From Thermodesulfovibrionales bacterium (GTDB lineage: Bacteria > Nitrospirota > Thermodesulfovibrionia > Thermodesulfovibrionales > SM23-35): a stretch of 64,000 nt of DNA. The position numbers and the translations under genes are program-made. The notes under the pieces are model-generated. The model did not search any database. It saw only the letters and a list, made by a program, of their open reading frames with translations, and was not told the origin of the DNA. The stretch spans positions 303,290-367,289 of the forward strand of contig CAVQRT010000002.1 in assembly GCA_963715195.1 (NCBI GenBank), given 5' to 3'. Positions 35,527 through 46,211 of the stretch are shown here, piece by piece (position 1 is the stretch's first letter; each line of letters opens with the position of its first letter).

Positions 35527-36144
35527 CTATTTCATTGGTCCGCCGCCCATCCAGGGCACAATAGGCATGTCCATCTTTTTGTATCCTGTGGGTACCTCGA
35601 ATACTGAATCAGCAACGCTACCTTTCTTAATGTTCTTCCAGACGGTCGTCATCTTCTTATCTTCAGACTCATATTTCACCGGAAAGTTGCCCAGATCAGT
35701 TGCCTCCCAGATATATCCTGATTTTTCTTTTTTGCCGTTTGAAGTTATCGTCAGATGATATTTCTTTGCCGGGTGCTTATCAACAACTTCATTAGCAATG
35801 AACTCCTTGTCCGTCTTACTATTCGGATCATGGATCTTTGACTGTATATCCTGCTTGCTCATATCAAGCGGAATCTCCATATAGGTCTTGCTGTCAACCA
35901 TCAGCATCCACATGACCTTCCTGTCAGGCCTAATGATATTAATAGACTTGTACCCCTGAGTGTTGCTCTCCATCCTCATTTTCCCGTCTTTAAAGAACAT
36001 CTTAGAGGTAAAAGAACCTTGCGCTGTTGTGGTCTCCATATCAGCAGAATAGTTTTCGAAGGTGCCCGGATTAGCTCCAAACGCCGTAACGGCAAATAAA
36101 GACAACGCAAAGATACGCGCCACTTGGACCAGTGCTTTTTTCAT
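35527..36144 (-). CDS. Exported DUF4412-like protein
   Basis: ATG 36144 after AAAGGAG, signal peptide, C-terminal SVFEVPTGYKKM. Confidence 0.75.
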   Translation of the reverse strand: MKKALVQVARIFALSLFAVTAFGANPGTFENYSADMETTTAQGSFTSKMFFKDGKMRMESNTQGYKSINIIRPDRKVMWMLMVDSKTYMEIPLDMSKQDIQSKIHDPNSKTDKEFIANEVVDKHPAKKYHLTITSNGKKEKSGYIWEATDLGNFPVKYESEDKKMTTVWKNIKKGSVADSVFEVPTGYKKMDMPIVPWMGGGPMK

Positions 36145-36482
36145 GAGACAGTCTCCTTTCAAAATTTCCCAGAATGAACATACTGGGCTATCATGTTTAT
36201 TTATCGCCCACATTTTTTTAGGATTATTTTCGCTCTCCATACGAATCTTGCTATAAATTAGATAAAGCAATAACACTTGTCAATAGGTGACGTTGACGGT
36301 CCTTAGCAAAAAAGAGAGCAAACTGAATATCTTGTGTTACTTCCTGGAATTGATGCCTTGTCAGCTCTCTACAGAGAAAACAGTTCATGTGGTAAGTAAT
36401 AAGCACCAACAAATATTTTAAATGCTATCTATCTCCCGTACAAATGTGCAAGACCACCTGGTTCCGTAAGTTCTCTCCCTAA

Positions 36483-36968
36483 CTATTTTTTGAATCTATC
36501 ATCTGCCTTATGTTGATGTGCGTTTTTAACTTTTTGAGACAGCCATCCAATTTTTTCCGCCTGAATACCATCAAATTCCGGGACATACGGTTTAATATCC
36601 AATAAAGGTGTTCCATCAACAATATCAACATTCTCTATGGAAAGAATGTTTCCCTCAATTTTCAACAATCTGACTATTGATATTCCCAGGGGGTTTGGAC
36701 GTTTTGGAGCACGAGTGGCAAAAACTCCATGAAGCGCATCATCCAAAAATGGTTTCACTATTAACGAGTATCCAGTGGACAAATGAAAGTGATATATCAG
36801 AATGATGTGAGAAAATCCATCCAGATTTTTGAGACCTTCAACATATTCTTTCTGCATTACAATTGTTCCTGTAATCCCCTTGGCACCTGATGGCTGTATC
36901 GGCATACCCTTCGTATCTTTAAAAGGAGAATGAATTATACCTATTGGATTAAATGCTATTTCACGCAT
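36483..36968 (-). CDS. tsaA: tRNA (t6A37)-N6-methyltransferase TrmO
   Basis: PIGIIHSPF, GVFATRAPKRPNPLG, DGTPLLDIKPY. Confidence 0.93.
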   Translation of the reverse strand: MREIAFNPIGIIHSPFKDTKGMPIQPSGAKGITGTIVMQKEYVEGLKNLDGFSHIILIYHFHLSTGYSLIVKPFLDDALHGVFATRAPKRPNPLGISIVRLLKIEGNILSIENVDIVDGTPLLDIKPYVPEFDGIQAEKIGWLSQKVKNAHQHKADDRFKK

Positions 36969-37242
36969 ACATAATTCTACAATATTCCTCAATTAAGATT
37001 GGCTTCCTCTATGAGAAAAATGCTGGGTTCCCTTTGGGGCAAAAAATGCACAGGCATTCCAGAGTTTATGAAAGACAACCGTTCTTCCTGTAGTCCTCCC
37101 CGTTGGAACCTGATATAATGGTGGATAGTTTCACTGGTAAAGAATAGGGAATAGAGAGAACCTTCCGAGAAAGGAAGAACCAATCATGAAACGCTCTTCG
37201 GACAGAAGAGAGAGAAGGATTCAATGGTTGGATTAAGGTATT

Positions 37243-38139
37243 ATGGGAACGCTATTCCGTAGGAATTTATCTAAGCTAACTTTCTGCATGCTCCTCATCT
37301 GTATTCTGCTCTTTGACGGAACAGCAGAGGCATCTTACCGGGAGTTTGAGCTCTTTGACCATGCCTATTATTCTTATCTGTCGTATCGGCCGGAAAAGGC
37401 AGTCGAAGAATTCAGGATATTTCTTGAAGAGTTCCCTGACAGTTCTGCTAAAGATGCAGCGCTGTTCTGGCTTGCAAAATCACTCCTCCAGATAAAATCC
37501 ATAGAAGAGGCAAAGAAGACCTTTGCATATGTAAGAGAACAGTTTCCGGAAAGTCCGTTCATCCGTTGCATTGCAAAAGAATTGGAAACGATAGGTAATG
37601 CATCGGAAGAGCACAGTTCTGTGAAGGTTACGGTAGATGGGGAAGCAGGACAAAAGCCTACCGTGGCAGCAATACCTGTGGTACCAGCTGTAAGCACTGA
37701 TCGAAAAACACTTTATGTTGCGGATATTCGAAACGAAACAGACGGATCACAGATATTATTGGTTGAGGAGGGGGCAAAAACAGATATTTTGCTAAGGAGA
37801 GTGAAGGAACTCGAACAGAGAGCTGCCTCATCAGAGAAAGGCTCTGATAGAGAGAAAAGAGCACAGGACATCCCTTCATCATCCGAGATGAAACACAATG
37901 AAAAGGCTACCGCTTATGCACTGCAGGTTGGCGCATTCAAGACGAAGGAGTCTGCTGTGACATTGAGAAAAAACCTGCAGAAAAAAATTTCAACTAAGAA
38001 GATTACCATCTGCCAGCAGGGGCACTTTTTCAAGGTCCGCATTACAGGATTTGATAATATTGAGGAAGTCAAATCGATGCTGAATTCAGGCATTGATGGC
38101 CTTTTGATTAAGACCGGCGAAAAAGCCTGCGGGATATAG
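37243..38139 (+). CDS. Exported TPR (BamD/YfiO-like) + SPOR domain protein
   Basis: Signal peptide, FLEEFPDS..ALFWLA TPR, YALQVGAFK...FKVRI SPOR. Confidence 0.8.
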   Translation: MGTLFRRNLSKLTFCMLLICILLFDGTAEASYREFELFDHAYYSYLSYRPEKAVEEFRIFLEEFPDSSAKDAALFWLAKSLLQIKSIEEAKKTFAYVREQFPESPFIRCIAKELETIGNASEEHSSVKVTVDGEAGQKPTVAAIPVVPAVSTDRKTLYVADIRNETDGSQILLVEEGAKTDILLRRVKELEQRAASSEKGSDREKRAQDIPSSSEMKHNEKATAYALQVGAFKTKESAVTLRKNLQKKISTKKITICQQGHFFKVRITGFDNIEEVKSMLNSGIDGLLIKTGEKACGI

Positions 38140-38467
38140 AAAGTCAGTCCTTTGCACTTTTTAAATGCATTTTTTTGTTAATAATAGCACTTGGATATTA
38201 AACGGAGAATCCTGATTACTGAAGTGAAGTGCATATCAAGATAATCGGCTACTTCTGGTTGCCGGTATACATATCGCTATACTGCCTCGTGAATCTTTTT
38301 ATTTCGCTTGCCGATATCCTAAATGATATCAGGTCGAAAGATGCACGATACCTCGTTGATAGTATATGGGGGAGCCGTTTCTTCCTTGTTGTTGATAACT
38401 TTCAAAAAATTTAAAAATGATGTAGGTTATACCCAGTAATCTCTATTGAGGATATCGGAGAGATTTA

Positions 38468-39280
38468 TGATTGATTTTTTTCAAAACCTCCATCCTGTGT
38501 TACAGGCTCTTATTGCAACTTGTTTCACCTGGGGTTTGACTGCCCTTGGTGCAGCAGGCGTGTTTATAGCTAAGGAAATAAGCAAAAAAATACTTGATGC
38601 GATGCTTGGGTTTGCTGCGGGAGTTATGATTGCTGCAAGTTTTTGGTCACTTCTTGCTCCTGCCATTGTGATGTCAGAGGGAAAGGAAATTCCCGTTTGG
38701 GTGCCAGCTGCTGCCGGGCTTCCTTTTAGGGGGTATATTCTTAAGAGTGATAGATAAAATACTTCCTCATCTACACCTTGGATTCCCGATAGGAGAAGCT
38801 GAGGGAATTAAAACAAGTTGGCAGCGGAGCACTCTGCTTATCCTTGCCATCACATTGCATAATATTCCGGAAGGGCTTGCGGTAGGAGTCGCTTTTGGGG
38901 CAGTTGCTTCAGGTCTTCCCTCTGCTACCTTAGCAGGAGCTGTTGCATTAGCAATTGGTATCGGAATTCAGAATTTTCCAGAGGGCCTTGCGGTATCTCT
39001 GCCTCTGCGCCGTGAGGGGATGTCGCGCTTGAAAAGCTTCTGGTATGGGCAATTGTCTGCAGTAGTAGAGCCCATTGCAGGTGTTATTGGAGCGGCAGTC
39101 GTTATTATTGCAGAGCCCATTCTCCCGTATGCGTTGTCTTTTGCAGCTGGCGCCATGATATTTGTAGTAATTGAGGAACTCGTTCCAGAGTCACAGCGCG
39201 GAGGAAATACTGATTTAGCAACTGGAGGGGCAATGGTTGGGTTTGCGATAATGATGATACTTGATGTGGCTTTTGGTTGA
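38468..39280 (+). pseudogene. ZIP (ZupT/GufA) metal transporter interrupted by a +1 frameshift near 38716-38719
   Basis: GFAAGVMIAASFWSL in ORF 38446..38757; HNIPEG, QNFPEG, FAAGAM in ORF 38747..39280; may be a sequencing error. Confidence 0.8.
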
Positions 39281-39649
39281 ATATGTTATTTGTTGGGAAT
39301 GTCTTAACCAATAAAATCAAGAAAAGTGGTTGCTACCTTCGGGGTGAAAGACTCATAGGAATCTCAAGATATCAGAAACACACCTAATTCCTGAAACAGA
39401 GATTGATACTGTCAACTATTTTTTGGATTCCTGATAACTACAGTTTTTATTATTTCTTCAGACGTATTATTGGAAGCAGGTGCCGTTGAGAAAAATGCCG
39501 TGTTACCTGCGGGGCGAAAGATGAACGGTATCCCGAAGATCCTTAAGATGCAACCCCATTTTCTGAAATCTTTATTTAACTATTTATTATAATGGGGACA
39601 GACTTCATACAATCAATAATAAACAGATATTATTCCTCAAGGATACTAA

Positions 39650-39853
39650 TTGGGTACTCTTAATAATATTTTCAGCCTTGTTTTTGGAATTAACCTTATT
39701 GTGGTTGGGTTGGTTGCACTCATAGTAGGCATTGTATCCTTGACAAAGCGAGATAAGTCCTTCAAGAAACTGACTTCAATCGTTTATATTATTGCTGGAG
39801 CTGCAGCTGTTTACTTTGGTATTGTTTTATCAAGAAGCTCTTTCAGCATGTGA
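39650..39853 (+). CDS. Small two-TM hypothetical protein
   Basis: TTG start after AAGGA; two hydrophobic helices. Confidence 0.5.
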   Translation: MGTLNNIFSLVFGINLIVVGLVALIVGIVSLTKRDKSFKKLTSIVYIIAGAAAVYFGIVLSRSSFSM

Positions 39854-40025
39854 CGATCCCCTCAAGATAATCTCGGTGCTGTTTTTCGGATTCCAATGTA
39901 TAATCAAACATTTGAAGGGCTTCCTTATGGTTCTCCGACTTTATCTGATCAATAAACAGTGGGCATGTCACATTAATATCTTTAATTTCCCTATCGGCAG
40001 CATTCCAGAGCGTCATGATAAGCAA
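39843..40025 (-). pseudogene. Rubrerythrin/ferritin-like C-terminal fragment
   Basis: NAADREIKDINVTCPLF...EALQMFDYTLESEKQH (ExxH); N-terminal half not found. Confidence 0.4.
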
Positions 40026-40554
40026 TTCCCCCCTCCTGTAATGCTGATTTAAAAATCTTGCCCCATAATGCGATATTTCGATTGGAAAACCTTAAATTGT
40101 AATTAAGGAAGTTATGAACTCATATCTATTGATTCTGTAAGAAAAATTCTGATACATAATGAAGCCAAACTCTTACAAAAAAATCAGAATTATACTGATA
40201 CTTTACAGGTTTCGTGAGGTATATAGTTGATACAGAACGAAGGTGAATAAAAAAGCAAGTGAGCATTTCTCAATAATTCCTAACGTAGTGCATTAAATCA
40301 GCGAGCAAAAAAGTGTCTTTTGTGTTCTCAAGAAAATTGGGCAGAGATGAAGTCCTAAGATGAAACATCGCCCTGATTTGAAAGCTTATCCATTTTTATG
40401 AGGAGGTGGTGTCCTATGATTGTTCGGACAAGACTTCGGCGTTTGAGAGACGATCTTCAAATGATCTCTTTTGCTAAATGTTGTCATATAACCAGTAATG
40501 AAAGGTGTGCAATTCCTGATATAAGATGATCAAAAACAGAAGGAGGAGGTTAAA

Positions 40555-40938
40555 ATGAAAAGGAACGTTTCAAAGCATTTTCCCCTATTGTTTTCGGTGG
40601 GTCTGGTGATTGCCTTTATGCTCGTCTTTTGTGGCGTGACAGGGGCTCAGCAATTTCCTGGCATTCCCAAACTTCCAGGTGGGCTCAATATCCCTAGTTT
40701 ATCGGGCGCGAAAGCAGGGTTTGCCGGCTTGGACGCATTGAATACCGCGAAGGAATTATATGGGCAGAAGGACAAGGCAAGCTATCCGACTCCAAACATT
40801 GCGGTGAGTGGTAACCATATAGTCATTGCTTGGCCAAATGGGGTAGTAACAATAGAGACTATTGCTGATGACGGGACTCTAAAACGCACTGTTTTAGGAC
40901 CCCCGTCTGAAAATAATATCCCCCCCGATAAAAAGTAA
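40555..40938 (+). CDS. Exported hypothetical protein
   Basis: Strong SD AGGAGGAGG, signal peptide. Confidence 0.8.
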   Translation: MKRNVSKHFPLLFSVGLVIAFMLVFCGVTGAQQFPGIPKLPGGLNIPSLSGAKAGFAGLDALNTAKELYGQKDKASYPTPNIAVSGNHIVIAWPNGVVTIETIADDGTLKRTVLGPPSENNIPPDKK

Positions 40939-41242
40939 TCGTTACTCACTCCTGGGGATAAGGTATGCGTAACACAATACGGCAGGTTTCTTATGCGGAG
41001 ATAGTTCAGTAAGTGAAAGGAAGCATTTAGAAGACTGAAATAGTCATAAACACCACCTTTTCATCTGTAATTGCTGGAGGCAATGAGGGGAAGAAAAGGC
41101 TAATGTTATTAGTCCAACGGCCTTTGATACATAGAGTAAGAATAAAAGACCCTTGGTTATACGGGTATTTTTCGGGAAGAGAGAAATTGATATGCTCTAT
41201 TTCACTTTTTAATTTTTCAACAATATAAGACGGAGGATTACC

Positions 41243-41692
41243 ATGTTTAAAGAATTCAAGGAATTTGCAATGAAAGGGAATATGGTCGACATGGCTGTCG
41301 GAATCATTATCGGTGCAGCTTTCGGTACTATTATCAGTTCACTCGTGGCAGATATCATCATGCCACCTATCGGCCTCCTCTTAGGAAATGTCGATTTTGC
41401 TAACCTTTTTATCCTTCTCAAGGAAGGAACCCTTCCCGGTCCGTATAGCTCTCCCGTTATTGCCAAGACCGCCGGTGCGGTAACACTTAACTATGGTGTT
41501 TTTATCAATACCATCGTCAGTTTCCTTATTGTTGCCTTTGCCATATTCATTCTTGTGAAGAACGTAAACAAAATGAAAAAGCAACAGGAAGCACCCCCCG
41601 CGGAGCCGACGACCAAGGAGTGCCCCTTCTGTTTCTCCGTGATACCGATCAAAGCAGTAAGGTGTGGGTATTGCACATCGGAACTCAAATAG
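41243..41692 (+). CDS. mscL: Large-conductance mechanosensitive channel
   Basis: [39 protein letters not shown]. Confidence 0.96.
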   Translation: MFKEFKEFAMKGNMVDMAVGIIIGAAFGTIISSLVADIIMPPIGLLLGNVDFANLFILLKEGTLPGPYSSPVIAKTAGAVTLNYGVFINTIVSFLIVAFAIFILVKNVNKMKKQQEAPPAEPTTKECPFCFSVIPIKAVRCGYCTSELK

Positions 41693-41707
41693 CAAAGTCT
41701 CGCTTTT

Positions 41708-41902
41708 TGCAGAGGAATTGCAAAAGAGGAGAGTACTCATCCTAAATCATAAGGACTTATGGGAATCAGAGAGCGTACTAAGATTTTGAATGGCAATATT
41801 ATAATTACAGGTGTTCATGGGAAAAATACCTCAGTGACTGTGGAGATACCAGTTCATGAGAAAAAGAAGAAAGAGAGCTATTTATTAAATAATACTCCAT
41901 AA
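41708..41902 (+). pseudogene. Remnant of a NarX/UhpB-type HATPase C-terminus
   Basis: Reads RGIAKEESTHPKS*GLMGIRERTKILNGNIIITGVHGKNTSVTVEIP with an internal TAA at 41750. Confidence 0.6.
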
Positions 41903-42141
41903 ATACTGCTTCTTCATGGAAAAACACAGTCCTAAGAAATTCTACCTCGCAACAATTACTAATAGGCTTCCTTCCACAACTGGCGTGGCGGAATAACGCT
42001 GATTTGAAAGACACGCGATGCCGCGTTATTGGTTCGGAGACAACCCCCCTTCCTCCTACCGCAAATTTAACAGTTCTTGGAATACTGCACATTATACCTG
42101 TTAAATCACATTCCCAAATGAGTATTATCTGAGTTTCCGGC

Positions 42142-42741
42142 TCACATCATCACCAATATGCTCATCATGGCTATTGACCATATGATATCTACCGGGAGAT
42201 GGATATCGCATGTGGAATCCAGCAACAGGTCCGTCCGTGGAGGAAACTCATCGTCTTTTTGCCAGAGTATAAACTCTACAGGTATTCTCGGCATTGGAAA
42301 AAGCCTTAATGAAGCATCACCGTGAGTCAATACCTCTGCACAGAGATCTTTCCCCCTCCGGAGAAATGCGTCTCTATCATCCCCGTATCGCTTCGCAAGA
42401 CTGTCCAGCGGAAGTGTATGGCTTCCTCTGAAAAACATCTCGCCGCCTTTTACGTTCACAGGTTTGACGAGCCTGTTGGAGAGAGGTATGTCCTTTGCAT
42501 GAATCAGATACCAAAGGCAGGAGTGGATGAAGAAATAACCGTATCTCTCTATCAGGTGCTTTGTCGAAGAGTTAACGCCTTTGACCGTTTTTTGGGCAGG
42601 ACATACCCTAAAATCATGGCAGAATACTCTGACTATATAGGAAACGACATTTTCATCAAACAGCACCGATGCATTTCTGCAAACACCTGAAGGTTCAAGG
42701 CTGCTCAATATTTCCCAGGCTCTCTCTTCTCCCGAGGACAT
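42142..42741 (-). CDS. DUF3786-like protein
   Basis: GGEMFFRGSH, PRIPVEFILWQKDDEFP. Confidence 0.8.
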   Translation of the reverse strand: MSSGEERAWEILSSLEPSGVCRNASVLFDENVVSYIVRVFCHDFRVCPAQKTVKGVNSSTKHLIERYGYFFIHSCLWYLIHAKDIPLSNRLVKPVNVKGGEMFFRGSHTLPLDSLAKRYGDDRDAFLRRGKDLCAEVLTHGDASLRLFPMPRIPVEFILWQKDDEFPPRTDLLLDSTCDIHLPVDIIWSIAMMSILVMM

Positions 42742-42904
42742 TACATGCATGATAACACATCACGAAAACCGAGCCTGGAAGGCAGGCTAAGACCCGTGGC
42801 CAATGGAATCCGATCCTCCGCTCGATCATTTTTCACCCTTTGCTCTTAGTGTAGATTGCAAGAAGGAGAAATGGGTTGTCAACTAAGGTTCATTCGGGAA
42901 CACG

Positions 42905-43144
42905 ATGTCATACGTGAGTATCAAGGTCTTAGCTTATTCAGGTCATCGAGGCAACGAAAGACCTACGAGTGTAGAAATCTTGGACAAGTGGATTGAAGAA
43001 GATTTTTCTGACAGGGTGAGAAAGAGATTCTTTATCGTTAGAACCGATAATGACCAGAACTATAAAATCTACATTGATGAAACGAGATTTTGGGGTCAGA
43101 CTTGTTTATCGGAATTTCTGCTTCGTTTATGCAAAGGCAAATGA
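42905..43144 (+). CDS. Small hypothetical protein, possibly degenerate
   Basis: AYSGHRGNERP...VEILDKW...FFIVRTD...YKIY. Confidence 0.5.
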   Translation: MSYVSIKVLAYSGHRGNERPTSVEILDKWIEEDFSDRVRKRFFIVRTDNDQNYKIYIDETRFWGQTCLSEFLLRLCKGK

Positions 43145-43226
43145 GGTTCATAAGCCTCGGCTATTCGAAGGTTCAGAAAAATTTTGCAGACACCTATAGA
43201 AAATCTGGGCGCTCCCTGATGAGAAG

Positions 43227-45980
43227 TTAGCGAAAACTTTCGCGCAGATATCTCCCGGTATATGATTCTTTCACATGGATGATATCTTCCGGCCGGCCGG
43301 AGAATATTATTTTCCCGCCCTTATCTCCTCCTTCAGGACCCAGGTCTATGATCCAGTCAGAGGCCTTTATCACATCAAGGTTATGCTCGATGACGACAAC
43401 GGTATTGCCTGCATCCACAAGTCTCTGCAGTATGGCAAGCAATGCTCCTACGTCTCTGAAATGCAGCCCGATCGTTGGCTCATCGAGTATATAAAGAAAA
43501 CCCTTCCGTTTTGTATCATGCCCGACCGTGTCCGATGCATCCGGCATATTCATCACCTCGGCACATATCTTGAGTCTCTGGGCCTCACCCCCTGAAAGCG
43601 CTGTTGCAGGCTGCCCGAGCCTGATATACCCGAGACCGATATCTTTCATAAACTGAATTTTATTTCTCACCCGAAGGATATCTTGAAAAACATCCAACGC
43701 CTCATCAACAGTCATTTTCAGAATATCATGGATTGTTTTCCCCCGGAAGGTTACACGGAGTGCTTCCGGCTTGTATCTCCTGCCGTTACAGACTTCACAC
43801 TTCACATAGAGATCTTCAAAAAAATACATTTCCATTTTCTGATACCCGGCACCTTTGCATGCCTCACATCTGCCGCCTGTAACATTGAAAGAAAAATATC
43901 CGGGACTGTAAGCATGGGCTCTCGCCTCCGGTTGCTCGGAAAAGAGAGTTCTGATAAGATCAAATATTTTCAGGTACGTCACCGGATTTGACCGTGGACT
44001 GCGTCCTATCGGGGTTTGTGAAATAAGCTTGACCCCTTCGAGATACTCCATTCCCTCAATCTTTTTATAGGGAAGGGGGACGTCCTGTGCTGTCTTAGAT
44101 TCTTTCGACAAAATTCTATGAAGCGTTTGCACGATGAGACTGCTTTTGCCTGATCCCGATACCCCGGTCACGGTTGTCAAAGTCATCAGGGGAATCTCCA
44201 GGTCAACGGATTTCAGATTGTTCCCTGAGGCACCTGCAAGGCAGACCTTTCTCCCGTTGCCGCTTCGCCGTTTATAGGGGGAAAGCATTATCTTCTCAGT
44301 CTTTTTTATATACCGTGATGTAAGGGTATCCGCCTCGAGAAATTCTTCTTTCGAACCGGAGAATACGACTTTACCTCCCTGGTCCCCGCCACCCGGGCCC
44401 AATTCAACAACCCAGTCAGCAGATTCAATGATCCCCCTGTCATGCTCAACAACCAGAATGGTGTTGCCAAGCTTTGAGAGCTCGGACATGATGCCCGCAA
44501 CTACATCAGTATCCCTCGCGTGAAGCCCAACTGTCGGTTCGTCGAGGACATACAGGGTGCCTGTGAGAAAAGACGCTATTTGGTTCGACAGGTTCACCCT
44601 TTGATACTCCCCCCCTGAAAGGGTCCTCCCCTCACGGCTCAGGCTCAGATACTCGAGCCCGACCCTCTTGAGAAAACCGGCCTTGAGGTCTATCTGCCTC
44701 AGGATCTCTTTCGCCATATCTTTCTGAAATGGAGAAATATCCGGATCTCTGAAGAATTGAAAGAGGTCCGACACGGGCATCATCGAGAGATCGGCAATAT
44801 CAAGCCCTGCTATTTTATAGGCAAGCGCATCCCGCTGCAGTCTCTTCCCCTTGCAGAGCAAACAGGTAACAGGCCGCCGGTATCTGCTCAGAAAAACCCG
44901 CACATGGAGCTTGTACCGTTTGCTCTCCATTGCCTCAAAAAAGTCGTCGATTCCGTAAAAATTGCTGCCTCCTTTAAAGAGGACCGCTTTGTCTTTATCC
45001 GAAAACTCTGCAAAAGGCTTATTGATATCAAGTCTTTCTTTCGCTGCATGCTTCAGCATCTGTTTCCCCCACCACCGGTATGCCAGTTTGTTCCAGGGGT
45101 CGACAGCGCCCTGCGCAAGCGAAAGGTTCTTATCCGGGATTATAAGATCCTCATCGTAGTTCAGGATATTCCCGAATCCTTTGCACTCAGGGCATGCTCC
45201 GACGGGGTGGTTGAATGAGAAGAGCAAAGGATACGGGGGAAGAATCTCAACATCACAGGTATCACAGGCGTTCCTTGATGAAAAAACACGGGTGGTCAGT
45301 CCCTTTTCACCAACAATGATTACCTTTATGTTCCCGTGCCCTTCTCTCCACGCCATTTCGACCGAGTCTGAAAGCCGCGGCCCGTCTCTGATGACAAGTC
45401 TGTCGAGGACTATATCAAATCCTCCCTCCTGCGGTTCAGACAAAGCCACAACTTCACCATCGCGCCACACTCTGTAGAATCCCCGTTTCCTGAGTTCTTC
45501 CATGTTCTCTTCAGCCCTGAATACAACAACGGCCTTTGCTCCGGTATGCTGCTCAAGAAGCTCAGCAATAACCTGCGAGGGATCCCACATGCGTATCTCC
45601 CTGCTGCAGATCGGACAGAACGGGGTTGCAATCTTGGCATAGAGGAGCCGAAAAAGATCATAAAGCTCTGTCAGCGTCCCGACAGTAGACCGCGAACCCC
45701 GGACAGGATTCTTCTGCTCAAGGGCTATGGCGGGTCTTATATTATGGATTTCGTCGACATCCGGTCTGTCCAGCTTCTCGAGGAAAAGCCTTGCATACGT
45801 TGATAACGATTCGATGAATCGCCACTGTCCTTCGGCAAAGACCGTATCAAAAGCAAGGGAAGATTTTCCCGAACCCGAGACGCCGGTGACTGCTATCACC
45901 CGGTTATGGGGAAGTTCAAGATCGATGTTTTTAAGGTTGTTCTGCCGGGCTCCTCTGATAATGAGATTTTTTTCAGACAT
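43227..45980 (-). CDS. uvrA: Excinuclease ABC subunit A
   Basis: Two GVSGSGKSS Walker A motifs, LSGGE signatures, zinc fingers, LDEPT, EHN. Confidence 0.95.
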   Translation of the reverse strand: MSEKNLIIRGARQNNLKNIDLELPHNRVIAVTGVSGSGKSSLAFDTVFAEGQWRFIESLSTYARLFLEKLDRPDVDEIHNIRPAIALEQKNPVRGSRSTVGTLTELYDLFRLLYAKIATPFCPICSREIRMWDPSQVIAELLEQHTGAKAVVVFRAEENMEELRKRGFYRVWRDGEVVALSEPQEGGFDIVLDRLVIRDGPRLSDSVEMAWREGHGNIKVIIVGEKGLTTRVFSSRNACDTCDVEILPPYPLLFSFNHPVGACPECKGFGNILNYDEDLIIPDKNLSLAQGAVDPWNKLAYRWWGKQMLKHAAKERLDINKPFAEFSDKDKAVLFKGGSNFYGIDDFFEAMESKRYKLHVRVFLSRYRRPVTCLLCKGKRLQRDALAYKIAGLDIADLSMMPVSDLFQFFRDPDISPFQKDMAKEILRQIDLKAGFLKRVGLEYLSLSREGRTLSGGEYQRVNLSNQIASFLTGTLYVLDEPTVGLHARDTDVVAGIMSELSKLGNTILVVEHDRGIIESADWVVELGPGGGDQGGKVVFSGSKEEFLEADTLTSRYIKKTEKIMLSPYKRRSGNGRKVCLAGASGNNLKSVDLEIPLMTLTTVTGVSGSGKSSLIVQTLHRILSKESKTAQDVPLPYKKIEGMEYLEGVKLISQTPIGRSPRSNPVTYLKIFDLIRTLFSEQPEARAHAYSPGYFSFNVTGGRCEACKGAGYQKMEMYFFEDLYVKCEVCNGRRYKPEALRVTFRGKTIHDILKMTVDEALDVFQDILRVRNKIQFMKDIGLGYIRLGQPATALSGGEAQRLKICAEVMNMPDASDTVGHDTKRKGFLYILDEPTIGLHFRDVGALLAILQRLVDAGNTVVVIEHNLDVIKASDWIIDLGPEGGDKGGKIIFSGRPEDIIHVKESYTGRYLRESFR

Positions 45981-46061
45981 CCAAATATTGTAACACTAAA
46001 CCCGCTGCACCTTGTCCCCGACAAATTGACAAAACGAGATGCTTGTGGTTAACTATTGTTA

Positions 46062-46093
46062 CCTTTAAAAATGGCCCCGTGAGGCTAAAAAGG
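46062..46093 (+). promoter_or_regulatory. PyrR-binding loop (anti-antiterminator)
   Basis: CCTTTAAAAATGGCCCCGTGAGGCTAAAAAGG matches the PyrR loop pattern; directly upstream of pyrR; TTGACA at 46026. Confidence 0.85.
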
Positions 46094-46131
46094 GAAGGAG
46101 GCAGCATATGCTGCAAAATTGCACAATTATC

Positions 46132-46161
46132 AACCTTCCGCGTATCAGGGAAGGTTTTTTT
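46132..46161 (+). terminator. Attenuator terminator of the pyr leader
   Basis: AACCTTCC-N9-GGAAGGTT followed by a T-run; GGGAAGG at 46092-46098 can pair with the 5' arm as antiterminator. Confidence 0.85.
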
Positions 46162-46211
46162 CTGTCTGCACATTTCTCATCATTCATCCATAACATATCT
46201 GAGGTTTCAAT

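Noticed and set aside
40339..40380. Hammerhead ribozyme or fluoride riboswitch interpretation of the hairpin
   Set aside because: The core reads GAGATGA rather than CTGATGA, there is no stem III/UH site, and the fluoride riboswitch motifs are absent.
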